A stretch of DNA of 64,000 bases, taken from NCBI GenBank assembly GCA_043228905.1, contig JBHGNT010000001.1:29450001-29514000 (forward strand), in the 5' to 3' direction. A model generated the notes under the pieces. It was not told where the DNA came from and made no database searches. It saw nothing but the letters and a program-made list of their open reading frames with translations. The position numbers were made by a program, and so were the translations under genes. Each line of letters starts with the position of its first letter. The stretch's first letter is position 1. This DNA is from Azolla caroliniana (lineage: Eukaryota > Plantae > Polypodiophyta). Shown piece after piece: positions 43,001-56,981 of the stretch.

Positions 43001-46000
43001 GTTTCCTTCAGCAAATTTTAGATGTTGGGAGTTCCAACTCTATACTCTTATCTACAGCTGGCATTTCATGCATGAAGAAAGCTGGTCTTTATAATATTTG
43101 GTGTCATGGACACAGCAGGCTGCAAAGATGATTTAAGAAAGAAAATGGGATGAAATCCTTGTCTGAATGGGCACTTCAGAATGGGACTTCATTAATCCCC
43201 TTCCGAACTATAGATATAATTGAACAGCTTAACATCTTTGTTTGCAAAATAAAAGTTCAATCTTTTCACATCATAAGTTTGGATCCTGTTGTCTGTGAGT
43301 TAATGCAAGCACAACTGATGTGGCACCAACCTTATCCTGTGTGACTAATTCATATTTATTTCTCCCTTGTGTTGCTTGCATGCAGTCCCTGGATGTAAAA
43401 CTTTTGGGGTATATGCAACAACTTCTTCTTACAATCATGTGCCACATATCTATGCTGCGAGCATCTAGGAGGTCGACTCTATTTGTTCCAGATGCATCAG
43501 AACAACCAGAGGCTGCTTGCTTTGTGGATGCATCAGTATCATTTTGTAGGCTTCAGCAGTTCAGTTCAACAACTCCTATAAAACAACAGGTTAACATACA
43601 ACATTTTTGCTTATTTTATGTGTAGAAAACACCGTTTCACATAGTTGATGTATTGACATGTCTCATGTTATGACAGGTCGAATTATTGGTAAGAGTTCAT
43701 GACGTTCTTGCAGAATCTGGCCTTTGTTGTGCAGGCAAGACATGCGAGGGTGGTGAAGGGGTTTTCCTAAAAATGGCTATAAAACATTTTCTTCATTTGG
43801 AGATGAAGCTCAAGACAGCTATGCCGAATTCTGTTGTTAATGACTTTGTGAGTAAATTAAATGATGAAGCGTCCACAGAGGTAGTTATTAACAGTATCAG
43901 CTCTGATCATGACCTACTTAAAGTTGATGAAACATCAATCGATGAGAAGTTGGTTGAAGGATTCAAGGAATCTCATTCTGACAAGAAAAGGAAGTTAACC
44001 ACAAGTGAACAAGTTAGTGACATAGAGAAAAAGAAAACAGATATAGGGCTTGATATGGCATTGGATCAAAGTTTCTTCTGCTTGTATGGTTTGAACCTTA
44101 GGGGTGGGTTAGACTCAACAGGCGGTCAGGATGGCTTAGCTATGCACATAAATACTAGCTTGGGAGAATATCAAACAAAGGAGCAGTGCGCAGAAGTTTT
44201 TCAATATTTACTTCCCTATGCAAGAGTTTGCACGGTAAATTCATATCACAGCATCCCAACTCTCTATGAGCAGTTAACAGATTCCTGTCATTGTTATTTT
44301 TCAATAATTATTCACATTTTCTGTTTTCTTGATTTGCATCAAACATGCCAGTTGCTTTATGTGCATGCATGCTCATGTAATGCTTATTGTTATATTAAAT
44401 AGAAGCACATGGTTTTTATTTATACCAGCACTGTATTTTGTTTGGATATTCTTTGTAGAGTTAAACACATCATACATGATCCATTTAATGTTATGGTTTT
44501 GTGATACTTTGCAGAAAGCTTCTTTGACCAAACTACGCAAGGTCTTGAGGGCTATCCGACGGCACTTCTCGGATCCACCTGAAAAAATGCTGAAAAATAA
44601 TGCCATTGATGCCATCCTTGATAGTCTAGATATTGATGAAGCAAAACTTTCATGCATGGTCCTGAATCATGCTAATATTAATGAAGTATTAGGATATGTA
44701 TTGACGAAGCCGTTTCACATTAATTCAACAACCGTGAAAGCGGTATCCACCATTGGTGATGCTGTGGGATCAGAAGAAGGGGAGGATGAGCGTCAGCAAT
44801 ATAAGGAAGTTTATGAGAACATGTATTATCTTCTATCCCAGGTTGAGGAGACATGTGCAAGTGACAAGTGGCCAGGATTTGTGCTATCGAAAGAGGGAGA
44901 AGAATTTGTAGAGCAAAATGTGAAGTTATTCAAATATGACTTAGTATACAACATTTCACGATTTGAGAGCTGGCAAAACCTTGCAAATCTCTATGACGAA
45001 GTAATTCATTTAACAATCTTTGAGATATCGAGACCTGTGGTAAGATTTTGAGTGAAATTGTTTCGCTTCCAGGAAGTAGATCTGATGCTGAATGATGCGA
45101 GTAAAACAACTACTGCAATGGGCTGGCATAAAGACACAAACCTAATAAAAAGAGTTGAGGTAGGCAGGCGGCATACCAGGCGTTGTTTACTCATGAGCCT
45201 AGCTCTAGCAAAGACTCAAGAAGAGGAGGTTTGTGAAACCCTTTTTCTTATGCCTAGGGTGTGATGGTTTTGAGTTGACACTGATGAAATCCTTGGCATC
45301 ATTTTTCAGTGTCAGGTACATGAGCATCTTGCGCTTGTATATTATGACAGTGTACAAAATGTTGCTCCATCATATAATCAACGACAATATATTGCTGTCA
45401 GGGATCTTGCATGGCGGGAAGCATGCCAAAAGTCTTTTGTGCATTTTAAGAAAGCTCTCTCTTTCAAGTATGATTCTTTACCTTCTATATTTCTATGAAA
45501 ACATATTTCACATTATGCATGCGAGAAATTGCTATTGTCTAATTGATTGAAACCCCGATCGAATATAGTGGTAGAAGCCCTTGACTGATCTCAGTGTGTG
45601 TGCATGAGATGGATGTGGCTTTTATGTGCATGGGAGGGAGTGGTGCATGTTAAAAGAGAGAGGGCAGATGGAAAGCAAGATATTCTACCTTTCAGGTTAG
45701 AATGGATGTATCTCTTCTACATGGGAAAACTTTCTGAAAAACTTGGCAAGCCTTGTGAAAAGTATCTCGCTTATTATAAAAAAGCTGCTGATATGAATCC
45801 TTCTGCTGTCGATACTCTATATCGTCTTCATGCATCTCGACTGAAATTGCTTTGCTCCAGGAGGATGGATGATAAAGACATCATTAAGGTAATGAAATCA
45901 GTTTCCTATATAGAATCTTAAAAGGTGCTTCTTTTTTTTGGGTAACTCTTATATCTATGGACAGGTTATTTCAGGTTGTATCCAAGTACTCCTATGTGGT

Positions 46001-48744
46001 AAGCACCAAGGAAAAGATAGATTCTTTGCTTCAATTCGGTCAGTCCCTAGATGGATTAGAGATGGATGTAAATGCAGACGCTATACTTGAAGCAGAAAAG
46101 AGTAATATTGAAGATGCATGGAATATTCTTTTTGATGATTGTGTCAAAGCATTAGAAGCTTGCATAGAGGGAGATCTAAAACATTACCATAAGGCCCGAT
46201 TTAGATTGGCACAAGCTTTATTTTCCCGTAATAGAACCAATGATAAAGAGAAGGCAAAGGAGGAGTTGGGATTTTGTTTCAAATCAAATCGATCACTTTT
46301 CACTATAAATATGTGGGAAATTGATGGTGCCACAAAGAAGAACAGGTAATTTATGGGTACGAGATTAGTTGTCTTATTTGATATAGATAAAATGGGTTTA
46401 TCTCTCTGCCTAGAGTATTGGTAAACTTATATGCAGTTGAACGTAATATCATATGTTTCTGTGTGGATGGCAGGCGTAAAACACCGGGCTCTAGTGGTTT
46501 GAGACGTGGCCTTGAGGTTCTAATGCCTGAAAGCTCACGGAAATTCATTACATGTTTGAGGAAATATTTACAATTCTATCTCCATCTCTGTGAAAAGACT
46601 TTTGATTTGTGCACTCTAGAGAGGGCTCATTGCTCGTTGAGAGTTGACAAAAAGGTTTCTGCATGTGTTTTTTCAGGGTTTTCTCTTCATAAGGTATCTG
46701 TAGCTTTGATTCTGATTTTATTTGGTATTGCATCTTGCAGTTTTCTTTGTGCTTGGCAGATATGGTAAACGTAGCTCTTGGAAAGTACATACATACTCTT
46801 GGAGCTGCAATCTCTTGCTATGATAGAGGGGAGACATTGCCAAACATTTCTTTAAATAATCTTACAGAGAGGTTTTTCAACCTTTTCATGGAGCATGGGG
46901 GATCGTGGTCAGACCTTGTCTCCACCAGCTTAACTGAAGCTGGATTCTGTTCCACAGATGAGGTTTCAGACAAAGCCATTTACAGGTGAATCTGAATGAG
47001 TATATCATATGATTTTGTAAAGTAAAAACACACTGAAGGATACACTTGCACATTCCTAAATCTATAATGGATTATGTCATGAGATTCATGAATAATGGGC
47101 TGTCCACACAAGTCATCATGTTGTACAACTAGTTTGTAGGTAGGGTTTGCCTTTTGTTTAGATCTTCCTGAATTTCTTCATGATCTAGAGTGGTGTTCTT
47201 TTCCAACACTTGTATAGTCTTCTGTCCTGATCTTTGGAAGACTTAATTTGAGGAACATCCTCTACTCTGGGTTGAGTTTATGTAGCAATTTTGATCATCA
47301 TCTGTATGGCACTTTATGATATCCACTTGGCACCTAGGTGATTGTCAAATATTACGTGCAAGGCAAGGCCTAGATTCGAGTAACATTGACCTCTACCTTT
47401 CTGGCTGTCATACTACAGCATTCAGCTGCTGTCTTTGTCAGTATTATCATTACATCAGATGTAGAGTGTTATATATTTTCCTGCCAAAAGAGAAATAACT
47501 GGACTGGGAGGTTAAGAGCATGCCTGATAATGAGAACTTCTAGAAACTGTACAATTTCTTTCAATATTTGAACTTCAAGTTAAACTTGCAGCCACATTCA
47601 TCATTACCTACATCTTCTGGAATGTGACAACAAAGTGGATGTGCTGGAGTCTATAAATGAAAAGATAAAGAAGCGGTTCAAGAATCTCAAGCTGGTGAAA
47701 GAGTCATGCACATCTATTTCCAAGCATGCAGCAATAGCATGGTGCCGAGCTCTCTGTGTGTCACTTTGTGCAATCACCTCCATCCATCGACAGGATCATG
47801 ATGGAGCCTTGCCAAGCAGCAGTGATCAGCTTGTGGTTGAATTGCAAACTGATGATATCATGAATAGCTCATCTGATCTTTTTCTTCCTAAGACAGAATG
47901 TGATACAATGAAACAACATCGAAATCGATTATCATGTATGAATGGGGTGCGAATCAAACAGGTTCTGTCTGAGAATATGGATCAGGCTACAAACTTACTT
48001 CGGCAGGCTTTCACATTTTATAGAGATTGTGCTGGTCCTTTCCCTTCAGGAATGAGTTTGTTTTTAGTTCCTGTGGGATCTAATGTTTCTGCAAACAATG
48101 TTGACACCATAGCTACTTTGACATCGAGCACAAGTTCGCTGGTTGGTGTGGACCTAAGTGTGCCACGGAAACTTCTGTTGTGGGCATACACTCTGGTGCA
48201 TGGGCATACCTGCAGCATAGCTGAAGCTGTAAAATTCTGTGAAGAACAAGCGAAGGTTTGTTTTTGCATTTAATTTTCTTGTCATTCTCTTGGATTATTA
48301 TGAATTTTCTTCTTTGGGAAGAAGAAGAAAATAGGTAACATATCATTTTGTTAGTGTTTTCTTATTACGGCACCTTGAAGAAGATGGATCATCATGGTTT
48401 ATTTTTGGGTGGTTTGAAAGCAGAACAAAGCAAAGAAGGGGCTTCCCTCTCATGCTTGTCCACCAGTGAATTGCACAGGTTTGTTTTGATAGGACATTTT
48501 TGTTTTTCTTTATGAAGAATGTGGGGCTTTTGAGGAAAACTAAGTTGTGCCCAATGTTGTTGCAGAGAAAATTGGTGGGAGTGGCGCTCCGAAAGAATCA
48601 TCGGGTACTGGTTATCACCAGTCAATGAATAATGAGGTGGGCGATGAGAGAGAAAAAGTACTATTAGTTGAAGATCATGATGGCTTGGGTGGATCAGAGA
48701 TGCATAATAACACAGGGCCAAGTAGTAGATCCACCGAGGAATAA
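37032..48744 (+). CDS. CABIN1: Calcineurin-binding protein 1 / CABIN1 (HIRA histone-chaperone complex TPR subunit), about 18 exons
   Basis: ATG then GTATGT donor at 37032-37034; exons approx 37425-37502 (FSIAAINDVE..LAPTKEAQ), 38220-38339, 39157-39197, 40607-40818 (IDAKDVTIWNRLG..RWAFEQGLNCSP), 40894-42882 (CMEKLVEVLIAIGDE..SPSHPRAL), 43386-43589, 43677-44234 (GLCCAG..EGVFLK; LDQSFFCLYGLNL), 44515-45000 (KWPGFVL..FKYDL), 45073-45228, 45311-45467, 45696-45888 (YRLHASRLKLL), 45975-46344 (HYHKARF..FTINMWEID), 46474-46653 (ESSRKFITC), 46741-46985, 47591-48255 (PRKLLLWAYTLVHG), 48421-48478 and 48566-48744. Confidence 0.92.
39245..39738. mobile_element. hAT-superfamily MITE (494 bp) in a CABIN1 intron
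   Basis: Perfect 8-bp target-site duplication TTCTTATT at 39237-39244 and 39739-39746. Imperfect TIRs TAGCAATCAAACAACAGTT and AACTGTTTCTGGTTGCTA. Repeated internal AAAC(C/T)GAACC/AAACC motifs. Confidence 0.88.
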
Positions 48745-49271
48745 TGGAGGGAGACGAAAAAACTCACTTTGTATTTTTAACATTTCCATGCCATTTGGGT
48801 CCTGCGTATGTGAGGTCCGAGGAATGAATGGTTTTCAATGTATATTACCTTGAAAAAGGGGCTACAAAGAGTTCCCTTTGTATCATTCTTGAAAGGGCTT
48901 TTTAGGTGAAATGTCTTTTTAAGTCTTTGAATCGCATCCATCTTTCATCTTAAGATGCTGTGATATATGAGTTATATCAGGCTACTTCAAAAAAATAGGC
49001 AAAAATATCAGGCTAATTTAGGTTGAATTCAAACTCTTAAATCACACGCAAAGTTATTTGACATCAATGAAGTTAGTAACTATGGAAGAATCTTGATTGT
49101 AGGCTAACTATGTACTTGGTAGCTTAAAATGGTGATTTCTTAAGAGAGTACAAAAGAAAGATTGAAACCATTTGCATTTGTTGCATTCCCAAAGGGGATT
49201 GTTCACCTTAAAATATAAAATATGGTAACCTAACATGGCATTGCCACACAAACCTTGCTCGACAGAATTCC

Positions 49272-49484
49272 TTTATTGTTAATGGCACGTTATGTACACA
49301 ATTCATGTACTTGATTTATATGGTAATATGATATAGTATGTGTTTATTGTTAATGGCATGTTATGTACACAATTCATGTACTTGATTTATATGGTAATAT
49401 GATATAGTATGTGTTTATTGTTAATGGCACGTTATGTACACAATTCATGTACTTGATTTATATGGTAATATGATATAGTATGTG
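49272..49484. repeat. 71-bp unit, three tandem copies, between CABIN1 and ClpR3
   Basis: TTTATTGTTAATGGCA(C/T)GTTATGTACACAATTCATGTACTTGATTTATATGGTAATATGATATAGTATGTG begins at 49272, 49343 and 49414. Confidence 0.95.
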
Positions 49485-49964
49485 TGAACTTTATACGAAC
49501 CTCAAATTGAAAATGTGGTGTAGCTTGCAACCCAATTATAGCATTTTGCCTAGTGTGGCTTGCTTGGCTTATAGATAAGCACACACTAAGCACCATCGAG
49601 TCCATGCTTTTTCCACATTGTAAAGCTAAGGTCAATCACAATTGTAAGACACGTGAATGGAAACATATTGCAAATTGAAGTAACCTATAAAACCAATACA
49701 ATAAAGTAGTGAAACAAAGGTCAATGGCAATTGTGCACCTCCCAAGATGATGCATTTGATGTGATTCTACAGTGCAACCACTCGCATGATTCAATCGTAT
49801 GGCAACATGAAGACCAAAACATGAATGAGGAATAAAAACCAAGGCATAGCTTGTAGATGTAGATGCAAAAGGCGAAGACCCTGGAATGTAGAGTCAAGAA
49901 ATGAGGAATATGGAAGGTTGGCGAAACTCAGATTATGGTCTGCCCCGCGAGGCATTCATCATGC

Positions 49965-50320
49965 CACATACATGCATGCATGTGTCTACACGTGCTTGCA
50001 CACACATGTATACATCCATACATACATGCGTCTACGCGTGTATGCACACACATATGTTTAATACATACATATGTCTGCGCACGTGTATGCATACACATAC
50101 ATACATACGTCTACACATGTATTATGCATACACATACACGTGTCTTATGCATACACATACATACTTCTACACGTGTATGCATTCGCATACATACGTACGT
50201 ACGTACATAAATACATACAACATACATATACACGTGTATGCATACACACACACATACATACATACATACATACGCTCTCCTCATTCACACCCTTCATACA
50301 TACATACATGCACACACATC
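49965..50320 (+). promoter_or_regulatory. (CATA/CA)n purine-pyrimidine alternating repeat containing five G-boxes, immediately upstream of ClpR3
   Basis: CACGTG at 49989, 50080, 50137, 50170 and 50231, plus one more at 49650. Regulatory function is inferred. Confidence 0.55.
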
Positions 50321-50360
50321 CATTTCCTTCTCCTCCTTCCTCTGCTTCTCCTCCTTCGCC

Positions 50361-53300
50361 ATGGCCATGGCGATGACGTCCTCCTTCTTCGCTTCATCAT
50401 CTGCTTTCCATGATTCTTCCTCTCTACTCAGAGAAGAACCAACCTGCTTCTTCAACTTCAACAACCACAATAATACAAGAAGAAGAAGATGTCACAAAGC
50501 ACAATCGCCAAGGCAACATCGACAATCAGCAAACCCTAATTTCCTCCCCGTTTGTGCTCTGAGAGGCATCCCGAATACCATACCTGCCTTTCCAAATGAT
50601 CCTTTCCTTTCTCGACTCGCGGAAATGGTGTCTCCTTCTTCTTCTTCATCATCATCTTCTTTTCCGGATAACCCTAACAGTGAAGGCCTTCCTCTCCTTG
50701 ACCTCGTATCCGGTCCTTCCAAGCTCATGGCTGCCCCGGGTCAGGTAAAGGATCAAATTTTCTGCTTGGTTCTTGCTTTTCTTTTTTGCCTGCCTGTCTT
50801 ACTTTTTAGTCCTAAAATCAGAAGATTTTGGTTCTGTTTGTTTTCTTTACCTTTCTTCCTTCACTTCTTAAGATTTGTGTGTGTTCGCCTTTCTTCCTTT
50901 TCAGCTCTCCAGATTTCTGTATTCGTTTGTTTGCCTTTTATCTACTGGCTTCTTTACGTTAACCTCAGCTGCTAATGTTTCTGTCTCTGGTTCTTTTTGT
51001 TTAGTTGCCTTTCATCCCCTCTTGACGGAAGGAATGTTTTTTGTATGCATTTCCTTTTCCTTCTGAAGTACAGGACGTTTGTGTGGAGATTTTCTTATTT
51101 GTTTGTTGTTATTTTGTTTGTTTTACCCCTTCCTACTTGCAGGTGGAATTTTCTTGAGATTTTACCCATCAGTTAAGGTTTATTGACATTTCGTGCAATG
51201 TTTTTGTAATTTCCTCTTCTGTTATGATATGAATACCCCTCTTCTTCATTGTTTCCTGTATTGATTTGTTTGCTTACAATGAGCACAAAATCTGTTTGTT
51301 TTTGCCTTTTGGTGACATTTCCTTCCTCAATTTCGTTGCTGCTTGTTTTTGTTTTCTTTGCATGGATTTTCTTTCTTTGTTTTTTGATGAAACAAAGTTT
51401 CTTCGAGATTTGGTGATTTGGTGATTTGGTGTCTATTTTCTTTTACTTCCCTTGATGTATTTATTTATTTTTAAATTCGATAACTTGACAGGCTGAGCGA
51501 TCGGCTGCTTACAATGAGCACAAACCACGAAGGCCTCCTCCGGATTTGCCTTCTCTTCTTCTGAACAGTCGGATTGTTTACATTGGAATGCCCGTATGTG
51601 CATTCTTTTCTATTTTCTAATTCATTGCACATTACAGTTATCTTTGGTTAGCAGAGCGAAAAGTCTAGATTTGGCCACTTGCATTCAATCTGCCAAATTT
51701 CTAGGAACAGTTTCATGAAGTTTTTGTTACTAGTTATGGCTGTGTTACAAGGCATTGAGAGGCCAGATACTAATTACTGCTAATTATATCATTAGGAAAG
51801 ATTTCACTAATAGTCACGTTTAGCTCCATTGATGCTCTAACTGCACATTTACCATTCTCTACTGCATCTAATGAACTCATATGTGTTTTTTCTATCAGCT
51901 TGTGCCTGCGGTCACTGAGCTAGTCATAGCTGAACTCTTATATCTCCAATGGCTGGATCCTCGGCAACCTACATATGTCTACATCAACTCTACAGGGACA
52001 TCGCGTGCTGATGGGGAAACGGTATTTTCTCTAAGGATTGCTTATACGTGTCCTCTTAAAAGCTTGTGTGATGAAAGTAAAATTGTCTTAGACTAAGGCA
52101 CTAATAATAATGCCAAGGAATAATGTTGATGTATGTGGTTAGATTACCCCCATTACAGGCATTATATCATTTGATATCTAAACTATAAACTACTATGCTA
52201 GCAGGTACTAAACAAGACTATTAGGCAGTGTGATACATCATGCAAGTTGAGAGTGTATTAATGCTAAAGCATTTATATGGATTATTTTGAATCGTATCTG
52301 TGAATGAAACCAAAGCAAGTGATGATGCACTCAACTCCAATCCTTGTTAAAAGCTAATGAAAACACCTAAAATAAGTTGTACCCTGGATAAATTTAACAT
52401 AGAAACTAGCCACAGCATGCTATTTTACCGAGGTGAGGAAGTACCTACAGTCTCAAAGGGAAATAGTCATGTTAAGGACTGTAAGCCTGTGTGTAGAAGT
52501 AAAAACAAGGAATGAGGAATTGAACTGAACTTCAGAGGCAACTTTTCTTCTTTGCACTGATGTTATGGTATCTAATGTGTATATCTTGTAAACCTATCTT
52601 TTTTTAAGATATGTCTAGCGATTTCTGTGCATCTCCAGATGATGTATTTATTGCATTCTCAGGTAGGCATGGAGACAGAGGGTTTTGCCATCTATGACAC
52701 AATGATGCTTGTAAAGAATGAGGTATATGTTTTGTTTTGATTGACATGGTTTCCTGTTGATGGTTCTTGGTTTGTATGATATAGAATGTTTTGTATATTT
52801 GCAGATACAAACTGTAGCTGTAGGGGCCGCTATTGGGCAAGCATGCTTGTTGCTAGCAGCTGGGACTAAGGGCAGGCGTTATATGATGCCTCATGCTACA
52901 GGTATATATAGACGAGTCTGCTGAAGAAATGCAATAGCTGAATCCATTGTGTTGCCTAAGATTTCTTTATTTCCAAAATGCTGTCGTCGTTTAACGTTGT
53001 GGCTCTTTACAATATTTTATTTTATTTTATTACAACATGTCTTCATGTTCAAGTTGTGTTTACCATCTTGATTAGGATTGCATGAACATCGTCTTATCTT
53101 ATCTGAGTTACAGTTTATTGAGGTTTGATTTGGACCATTTGCTCAGTTCATGGACTTCTATGATATGTGTGAATCTAGATGCTTTTGCGAAATGTAGGAA
53201 TGAAATGCATTTGCCTCTTAACTCTAATAGAAAATGTTACTATCTAATCTACAGTTATCTGGGCTCTCTGAATTGGACAATTGATAAGAATTTCCAGATA

Positions 53301-55661
53301 GCACTGAAAGGGTTATATTGTCTATAGGTACGTGCCCTATGAGCAGATTGGAGTTGTATAGAAGATTTTCAAGTAGAAATGAATTCATGATATGGGACAA
53401 ACAGTTTCTGAGTTTGTATGACAAGGAGATATTGAAGAGTTTACCATTGGAATGCAATCATCATGCATATGAGTTTTCCATACTTTAGAGTATGCAGAAA
53501 AGCTTATGAGTGTCTCTGAGATTTTTTTCATGCATAGAAAGTTGAGTACCAAAAGCTCCAAAACAAAGATAATGCTTATGAAAACTTTCACTAAAATGGT
53601 AACAAGCTTCAGGAAAATCAAATTTTGGGTTTACAAGAAATACCTACTTGCCATTTCAATTATGTGTATTTCACAATGGGTTGAAGTATTGGGTGATAAC
53701 ATCGAAAAATCCAGCTGTAAATAGTTTAAAAATGTCTAGAAACATTTTTCTTGTAAAGTTTCTTCCAGTCAAGATGCAAATATTGTACATGATCCAACTT
53801 CTTGAGTTTGGATCTCCTCCCATTGAGATCATGGGCATGAAGAGGGTTGAGTGCATGCTTAAGAACTCCTTATATTGACTTCTGAGAATTGGATGGGAAG
53901 CAAGTACGATAGCTCAAAAGCCACATGAAAGCAAAATATCAAGTTTTGGGTAGGTGCAAGATGCTTGGTCTCAGACCTGAATTGTTTGAAATGATAGTTT
54001 CACAGCATTTCACAGCTTGTTTAGATCTGAAGCATTGACTGCAAATCTAATTTTAAATGCTAGTTCGAGGTTTGAAATCACCATTTCTAGATGTTTTGGA
54101 CTCAGATGGATGAAGTACACCTTTTTTGTCTTCATTTTGAATATGTACACAGGAACTGTTTGAAGGTGTCTAACGTTTATTCTAGTTAGACACTTTTGAA
54201 CTTCAATTACTACCCCTCCATACAGTAGACTTGTGTCAACGAACTTTCAGATATGACTGTGATTAACACCTGTGCTTCGATCTTAGATGCATTAATTGCT
54301 AGTCGACTATGTTCACATAGTATATGCACTGTATCTAAAATCTTTTGCAGTCTCACCTCTGAATATGCCACATTTGTCTATACTTTTATACTGAAGTTTT
54401 TAACTTCAAATTATTCTGAAGCATGAAAGAAAACTTCAAATTATTCTGAAGCATGTTTTTCATCAACCCTCTAATTTATAAAGAGTGTACCTGCATTTCT
54501 TTGCTTATATAATTTCGTTTTTAAACCTCTTACCTTCTTAGACTTTTTCCAGCTATGATTCAGCAACCACGGCTCCCATCAACGGGGCAAATGCCAGCAA
54601 TTGATGTGCACATACGGGCAAAAGAGGTAGAAAATAAGTACAAATATCTTGTATGTCTGAGAGCTGTACTCATTAATCGGTTGACTTACACTCGTTTCAT
54701 AAATTAGGTTGTAAACAATCGAGACACACTTGTCAAGCTACTTGCAAAACATACCGAGAATGTGAGATTTTTGGATTTTGCCCATTTCTGAGTGTACTGT
54801 TGTCTATTCTATACATATATAAAATATGTATCATGATTTGATGGCATTTATAATCTTTACAGTCATTTGAGAAGGTTTCAAAGGTTATGCAGCGTCCATA
54901 TTATATGGATCCTCGGAAGGCTATTGAATTTGGTGTAGCTGACAAGGTGAGGATTTTATTTATTGAAGAATTTGAAGAATTTGTTTCATCAGTTGTCAGT
55001 GGTTAATAGCTTGTCTTGGTTTTGTTACCATATTCTGAATGAAGTTTCTTGTACTGATTATGTCTCCTTTGAAATGCGGTTGAAGGACCCAGATAGTGGT
55101 GCATATTTAGATCCATTCAATTTTGATTTTGAAACCTATGATGTTTTCATATGTGTATATAAATATATATACATTATAATGCACGAATTCAAATTTCTCC
55201 ATCAACAGTAGCTGGAAAACAGTATATTAGCATAAATTCGTATTCAATCATGACATCATAGATGAATTGCCAATTATTTTCAATGCCCCAAACACCCATT
55301 TGTAAATCACCCAAACCTTTTTCCTCATTCATTGCATTGATGAGTAGAGATAACACTATACTGTTGTTTTGCAATTAACTAGTGATAAGTATCAATCATT
55401 GTGCAAGAACTCATTTCTTCGCACAAAAAGCACTTAAATATTTGCGAAAATTAAAATTTGGAAGAATTTTGGTAATAACAACAATAATAATAGTGACCCC
55501 TACTTGGGTATATGATTATTGTAATTTACCAGATATTGTGGCGTGGACAAGAGGCTATGTCTGAGACACTGTCACCGGAACAGTGGGACAAGGGAGCAGG
55601 AATTCGTGTAATGGAACGACCAATGCCATATGGTGTTAATGGTTCATCCGGTTTGGGTTGA
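50361..55661 (+). CDS. CLPR3: Plastid Clp protease non-catalytic subunit ClpR3
   Basis: S-rich transit-peptide-like exon 50361-50744 (..NDPFLSRLA..LMAAPGQ), then AERSAAYNEHKPRRPPPDLPSLLLNSRIVYIGMP (about 51492-51593), LVPAVTELVIAELLYLQW..YINSTGT, VGMETEGFAIYD, TVAVGAAIGQACLLLAAG, AMIQQPR, VVNNRDTL, RPYYMDP, and last exon ILWRGQE..WDKGAGIRV..GLG (about 55533-55661). The ClpP catalytic Ser and His positions are replaced (AIGQA, MIQQP). Confidence 0.93.
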
Positions 55662-56981
55662 TTGATTTAGCATTAGCATATGCATACCCAAACACATTTG
55701 CTTCATAGATAATTGAATATGGTAATTGGATATTAAGAGTTAACTACAAGAAAACAAGTAATAGCTGTCAGCTATTATTATATCATCCCTCTTGGTTCAT
55801 ATATATCATCATCAATTTCATTCAACACCTAGCTATTGTGGTCTCCTCAACAGTTGCATTTGCAATGGGAGAACTTTTTATATCAATGCTAAGTTAATTA
55901 TTTTTGTACTATATATCAACGGAGGATTTTCTGAATGTTGAAATGAAGAAGCTCAGTTGTATTATGAACTCATGGGTTTTTTTGTCGGTTGATATACGAA
56001 ATTCTGTCGCATTTTCAATGAAAGGGAAATTGTGAGTCAGATATATTCAGCGGTTTTCCAGTAGTTACTCTTTGTTTTGTGAGATTAATACACAAATCAA
56101 AGTCTTTCTTGGAAGAAAGTAGCAGAAGCTGAAAAAGTGTTGGATAGCTAGTATCCATAACTGATATGAGGTACCAAGAATTGGTTGCGATGGAGGATGT
56201 AGTTAATTTTCTCTCCTATGGGGTGAAATTTTAATTTATGCCTCTACCTATGATACTAATTTTACAATCCCATGACTACAATGACTGTATAGTCCCAATG
56301 CATGAGTTGCAATATCTGTAGGACATAAGTATGAACTTGCATGTGAGTAGTGTGGATGGAAATGGCAACTGACTTTAATGTAGAAATTTGCTCAATAGCA
56401 ACTGGCTTCAAATTTGTATTCTATGAGTCTCCCATGCACTTTCAAAGATGTATTGATCCTTGTGAAACATGATTTTGTAAGAACTTTTGATTTTAGATTT
56501 GCTTAGGGATGACAACCACAGTTCAAGCTAGGTAATTAAGAAACTCAATTGTAAAACCTCTGCTGTACCATGTTATTTGCCTAGAGGCCTTGGGTACATT
56601 AATTATGATTTTCAGGTTTCTAGCATCGATTTTGTATAACCACTAAGATGAAGGTATGATTGTGTGTCTCTGATACAAATCAAGAGGATATTTCATTATA
56701 ATTTGTAGAAATTGACTAAATCAACAGTGGACTTGATAAAAAAAATTGACTACATCAATAATGGCTGGAGAAATCTGTAACAAGTCTTTTACAGCATTAT
56801 GGAGGCACTCCGAAGTAATTAAAAGAATAAATGATATAGTCGACAAAATATGTCTTCATATAAATAATAGCAAATTAGGTAGAATATGTTACGTGCATAC
56901 ACAACTATGTGGTTAATAAGCATCAAAAGTTGAATAACTACATGTGAGAGGAGTCTAGGGATATGTGTTCGCACTCTGAAA

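Noticed and set aside
49272-49484. CRISPR-like array
   Set aside because: Head-to-tail repeats without unique spacers, eukaryotic context, no cas genes.
49825-50413. Overlapping His/Thr/Tyr-rich ORFs
   Set aside because: Translations of the stop-poor (CATA)n repeat.
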